Below are positions 1-4,891 of a DNA stretch of 4,891 nt, piece by piece. Location of the stretch: IMG/VR virus record IMGVR_UViG_3300011831_000014; one strand, 5' to 3'. The notes beneath the pieces are model-generated. The model was not told where the DNA came from. It worked only from the letters and a program-made list of their open reading frames with translations, and did no database searches. The position numbers and the translations under genes are program-made. Positions within the stretch are counted from its first letter, which is position 1. Each line of letters begins with the position of its first letter. The DNA is from a virus (lineage: Duplodnaviria > Heunggongvirae > Uroviricota > Caudoviricetes).

Positions 1-698
1 TTGAGATCAAAAAAGGGCTGGTTTCGATCCAAGTATACGAAGAAACAGCGGGGATCGGACCAGGAGAGCCCGTAGAAACGACAGGCGCACCATTGTCTGT
101 CGAACTAGCACCAGGTTTGTTGACTCAGATGTTTGATGGGATGACCGATGCGCTGGGTGATTTTGTCACGACAGGCAAGGCAAATTTTCGTTCTTTCGCT
201 ACTTCCGTGATTTCGGATCTTAGTCGAATAGCATTAAAGGCTTCAATTACTGGGATTTTCGACAGCATTAGTAACAGTTCTTCTGGGGGGATTTTAGGAA
301 CTATCGGGAGTGCTATTAGTAAATTTATTCCGAATGCAAAGGGCGGTGTTTATGAGTCTCCGTCATTGAGCACGTATTCGAACGGTATTTATGATTCCCC
401 GCAATTTTTTGCTTTTGCAAAAGGGGCTGGTGTTTTTGGTGAGGCTGGACCGGAAGCCATTATGCCATTAACACGAACTTCCGATGGTTCTCTTGGTGTC
501 AGAGCTATTAATAGTAAAAGTGGTAATGGAGGCGGAGATATTACCTATGCCCCTGTATACCAAATCACTATTCAAAATGACGGCCAGAATGGAGAGATTG
601 GCCCTCAGGCAATAAAAGCACTTATGGGGATGGTTGATCAGCGGGTGCAGGGCAATCTGTTAAATATGCGACGTGATGGGGGAATGTTAAGTGGCTAA
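1..698 (+). CDS. H: Tail tape-measure protein, C-terminal portion (5'-truncated by window start); lambda gpH-like but divergent
   Basis: Open reading frame is continuous from position 3 to TAA at 696-698 with no upstream stop; the 'M' at 93 in the ORF track is a TTG codon inside the frame, not a real start. Sits immediately upstream of M-L-K-I-J. C-terminal motif ...[16 protein letters not shown]...[10 protein letters not shown] resembles the lambda gpH C-terminus as I recall it (...NDGTNGQIGPAALKAV...MRDGGLFSG). AT-rich relative to downstream genes. Confidence 0.85.
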   Translation, partial: EIKKGLVSIQVYEETAGIGPGEPVETTGAPLSVELAPGLLTQMFDGMTDALGDFVTTGKANFRSFATSVISDLSRIALKASITGIFDSISNSSSGGILGTIGSAISKFIPNAKGGVYESPSLSTYSNGIYDSPQFFAFAKGAGVFGEAGPEAIMPLTRTSDGSLGVRAINSKSGNGGGDITYAPVYQITIQNDGQNGEIGPQAIKALMGMVDQRVQGNLLNMRRDGGMLSG

Positions 699-1029
699 TA
701 CGGAAGAATTTCACTGGTTACCAGAGGATGGAATGAAAACAGAAAATAAACCATCGATAAAAACTGTAAGATTTGGCGATGGTTATGAGCAACGAAGTCC
801 AAATGGACTTAATCATTCTCTGCGCGTTTTCACCTGTGATTTCAAAGTTGAGGCGAATGAACGTGATTCATTTGAAAAATTTTTAGCCCGGCATGAAGGC
901 TATAAATCTTTTTTTTGGCGCCCGCCGGGTATTAACAGAAAAATCAGAGTGGTGTGTCGAACGTGGTCAGCGACAGAACATATCACCTATACCGATTTTT
1001 CGTGTCAGTTTGACGAAGTGGTGATCTGA
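691..1029 (+). CDS. M: Minor tail (tail-tip assembly) protein M, divergent lambda gpM homologue
   Basis: 112-codon ORF beginning at GTG 691, overlapping the H stop; alternative ATG start at 733 preceded by GAGGA. Conserved VRFGDGY...KSF.W.PP...E.VV block matches gpM as recalled; size about that of lambda gpM (109 aa). Stop TGA 1027-1029 overlaps the L start (TGATG). Confidence 0.85.
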   Translation: MANTEEFHWLPEDGMKTENKPSIKTVRFGDGYEQRSPNGLNHSLRVFTCDFKVEANERDSFEKFLARHEGYKSFFWRPPGINRKIRVVCRTWSATEHITYTDFSCQFDEVVI

Positions 1030-1727
1030 TGCAGGACATACAACAGGAAACGCTGAATGAATGCATTCGTGCGGAGCAGTCGGCCAGCGTGGTGCTCTGG
1101 GAAATCGACCTGACCGAGGTAGGCGGGGATCGCTACTTTTTCTGTAATGAGCAGAACGAAAAAGGTGAGTCTGTCACCTGGCAGAGTCGGCAGTATCAGG
1201 CCTATCCCATTCAGGGGAGTGGATTTGAGATGAACGGCAAGGGCAGTGCTGCCCGTCCGACACTGACGGTCTCTAACCTGCACGGCATGGTCACCGGGAT
1301 GGCGGAAGACCTGCAGAGTCTGGTCGGCGGAACGGTGGTCCGGCGTAAGGTTTACGCCCGCTTTCTGGATGCGGTGAACTTCGTCAACGGAAACAGCGAA
1401 GCCGATCCGGAGCAGGAGGTGATCAGCCGCTGGCGCATCGAGCAGTGCAGCGAACTGAGCGCGGTCAGTGCCTCTTTTGTACTGTCCACGCCGACGGAAA
1501 CGGACGGTGCCGTTTTTCCGGGACGTATCATGCTGGCCAACACCTGCACCTGGACCTATCGCGGCGATGAGTGCGGTTATAGCGGTCCGGCGGTCGCGGA
1601 TGAATATGACCAGCCAACGTCCGATATCACGAAGGATAAATGTAGCAAATGCCTGAGCGGTTGTAAGTTCCGCAATAACGTCGGCAACTTTGGCGGCTTC
1701 CTTTCCATTAACAAACTTTCGCAGTAA
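1029..1727 (+). CDS. L: Minor tail protein L (tail-tip protein with C-terminal cysteine-rich Fe-S cluster domain)
   Basis: 232-aa ORF; translation [12 protein letters not shown]...NTCTWTYRGDECGYSG...KDKCSKCLSGCKF...FLSINKLSQ is near-identical to lambda gpL as recalled. ATG overlaps the M stop. Confidence 0.95.
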   Translation: MQDIQQETLNECIRAEQSASVVLWEIDLTEVGGDRYFFCNEQNEKGESVTWQSRQYQAYPIQGSGFEMNGKGSAARPTLTVSNLHGMVTGMAEDLQSLVGGTVVRRKVYARFLDAVNFVNGNSEADPEQEVISRWRIEQCSELSAVSASFVLSTPTETDGAVFPGRIMLANTCTWTYRGDECGYSGPAVADEYDQPTSDITKDKCSKCLSGCKFRNNVGNFGGFLSINKLSQ

Positions 1728-1732
1728 ATCCC

Positions 1733-2476
1733 ATGACACAGACAGAATCAGCGATTCTGGCGCACGCCCGGCGATGTGCGCCAGCGGAGTCGTGCGGCTT
1801 CGTGGTGAGAACGCCGGAGGAGGAAAGATATTTTCCCTGCGTGAATATCTCCGGTGAGCCGGAGGAGTATTTCCGGATGTCGCCGGAGGACTGGCTGAGT
1901 GCAGAAATGCAGGGAGAGATTGTGGCGCTGGTCCACAGCCACCCCGGTGGTCTGCCCTGGCTGAGTGAGGCCGACCGGCGGCTGCAGGTGCAGAGTGATT
2001 TGCCGTGGTGGCTGGTCTGCCGGGGGACGATTCATAAGTTCCGCTGTGTGCCGCATCTCACCGGGCGGCGCTTTGAGCACGGGGTAACGGACTGTTACAC
2101 GCTGTTCCGGGACGCTTACCATCTGGCGGGAATTGAGATGCCGGATTTTCATCGCGGGGATGACTGGTGGCGTAACGGTCAGAATCTCTATCTGGATAAT
2201 CTGGAGGCCACAGGGCTGTATCAGGTGCCGTTGTCATCAGCACAACCGGGCGATGTGCTGCTGTGCTGTTTTGGTTCATCGGTGCCGAATCATGCCGCCA
2301 TTTACTGTGGTGACGGCGAGCTGCTGCACCATATTCCTGAACAACTGAGCAAACGAGAGAGGTACACCGACAAATGGCAGCGACGCACACACTCCCTCTG
2401 GCGTCACCGGGCATGGCACGCATCTGCCTTTACGGGGATTTACAACGATTTGGCCGCCGCATCGACCTTCGAGTGA
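1733..2476 (+). CDS. K: Tail-tip assembly protein K (N-terminal MPN/JAB metalloprotease-like domain plus C-terminal NlpC/P60 cysteine peptidase domain)
   Basis: 247-aa ORF starting 5 nt after the L stop; near-identical to lambda gpK as recalled. JAMM motif H-x-H-x7-S-x2-D (HSHPGGLPWLSEAD) at nt 1934-1975; NlpC/P60-like Cys (DCYTLF, codon 2093-2095) and His (PNHAAIY, codon 2291-2293). Internal ATG at 1877 with upstream GGAGGAG would give a 199-aa form. Confidence 0.9.
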   Translation: MTQTESAILAHARRCAPAESCGFVVRTPEEERYFPCVNISGEPEEYFRMSPEDWLSAEMQGEIVALVHSHPGGLPWLSEADRRLQVQSDLPWWLVCRGTIHKFRCVPHLTGRRFEHGVTDCYTLFRDAYHLAGIEMPDFHRGDDWWRNGQNLYLDNLEATGLYQVPLSSAQPGDVLLCCFGSSVPNHAAIYCGDGELLHHIPEQLSKRERYTDKWQRRTHSLWRHRAWHASAFTGIYNDLAAASTFE

Positions 2477-3015
2477 AAACGGGGTCCGAAGCCATCCGGG
2501 CGCTGGCCATGCAGATCCCGGCGTTTCGTCAGAAACTGAGCGACGGCTGGTACCAGGTACGCATTGCCGGGCGTGATGCAGGTGAAACCGAATTGTCTGC
2601 CCGTCTTAATGAGCCGCTGGAAAATGGTGCCGTGATCCATATCGTGCCGCGTCTGGCAGGAGCCAAAAGTGGCGGTGTGTTTCAGGCTGTGCTGGGGGCG
2701 GCTGTTATGGCGGTTGCTATATGGATGCCGGGGGTAGGAATTATGGCGAGTAATCTGCTGTTTTCTCTCGGTGCCAGTATGACGCTTGGCGGTGTTGCAC
2801 AGATGCTGGCCCCTAAACCCAAAACCCCCCGCACACAGACAACGGATAACGGCAAACAGAACACCTATTTTTCTTCTCTGGATAACATGGTTGCCCAGGG
2901 CAATGTTCTGCCGGTTCTGTACGGTGAAATGCGCGTGGGGTCACGCGTGGTTTCTCAGGAGATCAGCACGGCAGACGAAGGGGATGGTGGTCAGGTTGTG
3001 GTGATTGGTCGCTGA
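2374..3015 (+). CDS. I: Tail-tip assembly protein I (N-terminal ubiquitin-like beta-grasp domain, Gly/Ala-rich hydrophobic segment, conserved C-terminus)
   Basis: 213-aa ORF; translation MAATHTLPLASPGMARICLYGDLQRFGRRIDLRV...NGKQNTYFSSLDNMVAQGNVLPVLYGEMRVGSRVVSQEISTADEGDGGQVVVIGR matches lambda gpI as recalled. Start overlaps the 3' end of K by 103 nt in a different frame, as in lambda. Confidence 0.93.
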   Translation: MAATHTLPLASPGMARICLYGDLQRFGRRIDLRVKTGSEAIRALAMQIPAFRQKLSDGWYQVRIAGRDAGETELSARLNEPLENGAVIHIVPRLAGAKSGGVFQAVLGAAVMAVAIWMPGVGIMASNLLFSLGASMTLGGVAQMLAPKPKTPRTQTTDNGKQNTYFSSLDNMVAQGNVLPVLYGEMRVGSRVVSQEISTADEGDGGQVVVIGR

Positions 3016-3030
3016 TGAAAAACGTTTATG

Positions 3031-3060
3031 TGAAACCGCCTCAGGGCGGTTTTGTCGTTT
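3031..3060 (+). terminator. Stem-loop (AAACCGCC-TCAG-GGCGGTTT) followed by a T-rich tract in the I-J spacer; possible weak intrinsic terminator, attenuator or mRNA-stability hairpin
   Basis: Perfect 8-bp inverted repeat 3033-3040 / 3045-3052 with 4-nt loop, GC-rich core CCGCC/GGCGG, followed by TTTTGTCGTTT. Located in the only sizeable non-coding gap in the window. Confidence 0.3.
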
Positions 3061-3062
3061 CT

Positions 3063-3066
3063 GGAG
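3063..3066 (+). promoter_or_regulatory. Shine-Dalgarno sequence for J
   Basis: GGAG 8 nt upstream of the J ATG at 3075; a second purine-rich GAGGA lies immediately adjacent to the ATG. Confidence 0.5.
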
Positions 3067-3074
3067 CGTGAGGA

Positions 3075-4891
3075 ATGGGTAAAGGCAGCAGTAAGGGGCA
3101 TACCCCGCGCGAAGCGAAGGACAACCTGAAATCATCCCAGATGCTGAGCGTGATAGACGCCATCAGCGAAGGGCCGGTTGAAGGTCCGGTGGACGGATTA
3201 AAAAGTGTGCTGCTGAACAGTACGCCAGTGCTGGACAGTGAGGGGAATACCAATATCTCCGGTGTCACGGTGGTTTTCCGGGCAGGTGAGCAGGAGCAGA
3301 CACCGCCGGAGGGATTTGAATCCTCCGGCTCCGAGACGGTGCTGGGTACGGAAGTGAAGTACGACACGCCGATTACCCGGACCATCACGTCGGCAAACAT
3401 CGACCGTCTGCGCTTTACCTTCGGTGTGCAGGCACTGGTGGAAACCACCTCAAAGGGGGACAGGAATCCGTCGGAAGTCCGCCTGCTGGTTCAGATACAG
3501 CGTAATGGTGGCTGGGTGACGGAAAAAGACATCACCATTAAAGGCAAATCCACCTCACAGTATCTAGCATCGGTGGTGGTGGGTAACCTGCCGCCGCGCC
3601 CGTTCAATATCCGGATGCGCAGGATGACGCCGGACAGCACCACAGACCAGCTGCAGAACAAAACGCTCTGGTCGTCATACACCGAAATCATCGATGTGAA
3701 ACAGTGCTACCCGAACACGGCACTGGTCGGCGTACAGGTGGATTCGGAGCAGTTCGGCAGCCAGCAGGTGAGCCGTAATTATCATCTGCGCGGGCGCATT
3801 CTGCAGGTGCCGTCGAACTATAACCCGCAGACGCGGCAATACAGCGGTATCTGGGACGGAACGTTTAAGCCAGCATACAGCAACAACATGGCCTGGTGTC
3901 TGTGGGATATGCTGACCCATCCGCGCTACGGCATGGGGAAACGTCTTGGTGCGGCGGATGTGGACAAATGGGCGCTGTATGTCATCGGCCAGTACTGCGA
4001 CCAGTCAGTGCCGGACGGCTTTGGCGGCACGGAGCCGCGCATCACCTGTAATGCGTACCTGACCACACAGCGCAAGGCGTGGGATGTGCTCAGTGATTTC
4101 TGCTCGGCGATGCGCTGTATGCCGGTATGGAACGGGCAGACGCTGACGTTCGTGCAGGACCGACCATCAGATAAGGTGTGGACCTATAACCGCAGTAATG
4201 TGGTGATGCCGGATGATGGTGCGCCGTTCCGCTACAGCTTCAGCGCCCTGAAGGACCGCCATAATGCCGTTGAGGTGAACTGGATTGACCCGAACAACGG
4301 CTGGGAGACGGCGACAGAGCTTGTTGAAGATACGCAGGCCATTGCCCGTTACGGTCGTAATGTCACGAAGATGGATGCCTTTGGCTGTACCAGCCGGGGG
4401 CAGGCACACCGCGCCGGGCTGTGGCTGATTAAAACAGAACTGCTGGAAACGCAGACCGTGGACTTCAGCGTGGGTGCCGAAGGGCTTCGCCATGTACCGG
4501 GCGATGTCATTGAAATCTGCGATGATGACTATGCCGGTATCAGCACCGGTGGTCGCGTGCTGGCGGTGAACAGCCAGACCCAGACGCTGACGCTCGACCG
4601 TGAAATCACGCTGCCATCCTCCGGTACCACGCTGATAAGCCTGGTTGACGGAAGTGGTAATCCGGTCAGCGTGGAGGTTCAGTCCGTCACCGACGGCGTG
4701 AAGGTGAAAGTGAGCCGTGTTCCTGACGGCGTTGCTGAATACAGCGTATGGGGGCTGAAGCTGCCGACGTTGCGCCAGCGCCTGTTCCGCTGCGTGAGTA
4801 TCCGTGAGAACGACGACGGCACGTATGCCATCACCGCCGTGCAGCATGTACCGGAAAAAGAAGCCATCGTGGATAACGGGGCGCACTTTGA
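3075..4891 (+). CDS. J: Tail tip / central tail fibre host-specificity protein J, N-terminal ~605 codons (3'-truncated by window end)
   Basis: ATG at 3075 opens a frame with no stop through the window end, which is why it is absent from the ORF track. Translation MGKGSSKGHTPREAKDNLKS...VLLNSTPVLDSEGNTNISGVTVVFRAGEQEQTPPEGFESSGSETVLGTEVKYDTPITRTI... matches lambda gpJ N-terminus as recalled. Confidence 0.95.
   Translation, partial: MGKGSSKGHTPREAKDNLKSSQMLSVIDAISEGPVEGPVDGLKSVLLNSTPVLDSEGNTNISGVTVVFRAGEQEQTPPEGFESSGSETVLGTEVKYDTPITRTITSANIDRLRFTFGVQALVETTSKGDRNPSEVRLLVQIQRNGGWVTEKDITIKGKSTSQYLASVVVGNLPPRPFNIRMRRMTPDSTTDQLQNKTLWSSYTEIIDVKQCYPNTALVGVQVDSEQFGSQQVSRNYHLRGRILQVPSNYNPQTRQYSGIWDGTFKPAYSNNMAWCLWDMLTHPRYGMGKRLGAADVDKWALYVIGQYCDQSVPDGFGGTEPRITCNAYLTTQRKAWDVLSDFCSAMRCMPVWNGQTLTFVQDRPSDKVWTYNRSNVVMPDDGAPFRYSFSALKDRHNAVEVNWIDPNNGWETATELVEDTQAIARYGRNVTKMDAFGCTSRGQAHRAGLWLIKTELLETQTVDFSVGAEGLRHVPGDVIEICDDDYAGISTGGRVLAVNSQTQTLTLDREITLPSSGTTLISLVDGSGNPVSVEVQSVTDGVKVKVSRVPDGVAEYSVWGLKLPTLRQRLFRCVSIRENDDGTYAITAVQHVPEKEAIVDNGAHF

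Noticed and set aside
93-95. Apparent start codon of the first ORF (shown as M in the track)
   Set aside because: The codon is TTG inside a frame that remains open to the window start; the gene is the 3' portion of H, not a 201-aa protein starting here.
1005-1739. 244-aa minus-strand ORF antisense to L
   Set aside because: It lies entirely within the strongly supported L gene. Long antisense ORFs are expected in GC-rich coding sequence, and the translation is Arg/Ala-rich low-complexity with no recognisable motifs.
2163-2170. Chi-like octamers ACTGGTGG (also at 3434-3441)
   Set aside because: Both are one mismatch from Chi (GCTGGTGG). No exact Chi was seen on either strand on visual scan, consistent with lambda-type DNA lacking Chi; not a functional site as written.
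1748-3448. Minus-strand ORFs 1748-2152, 2058-2423, 2440-2640, 2682-2864, 2941-3135, 3041-3448 and small plus-strand ORFs 1468-1656, 2133-2348, 2786-3004
   Set aside because: All are embedded in or antisense to K, I, J or L; translations are Cys/Arg/Pro-rich and look like off-frame readings of the real genes.
3491-3920. Minus-strand ORFs 3491-3691 and 3675-3920 within J
   Set aside because: Antisense to the well-supported J frame; short, with no supporting signals.
4167-4886. 239-aa minus-strand ORF antisense to J
   Set aside because: It lies fully inside the J coding region, whose + strand translation matches lambda gpJ; no start context or domain signal.
1-4891. Possibility of a novel defence or accessory system hidden in this window
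   Set aside because: Coding capacity is fully accounted for by six syntenic tail genes with overlapping or near-abutting boundaries. The only non-coding gap is 59 nt, and there are no repeat arrays, RNA-gene-like structures or foreign insertions.

Overview
This window is a contiguous, same-strand (+) block of lambdoid phage tail-tip genes in the canonical lambda order: the 3' end of the tape-measure gene H, then M, L, K, I, and the 5' ~600 codons of the central tail fibre gene J, which runs off the window end. L, K, I and J translate to proteins I recognise as near-identical to phage lambda gpL, gpK, gpI and gpJ. The H C-terminus and M are clearly homologous to lambda but divergent and markedly AT-richer, so the window appears to span a mosaic recombination junction at about the M/L boundary. 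Genes are tightly packed (overlapping or 5 nt apart) except for a 59-nt I-J spacer holding a hairpin and the J ribosome-binding site. I see no room for, and no evidence of, an inserted novel system (defence island, CRISPR, toxin-antitoxin, RNA gene or mobile element). The minus-strand ORFs in the track are best explained as antisense artefacts of GC-rich coding sequence. All identifications rest on reading the translations and recalling the lambda proteins from memory; no database search was run.
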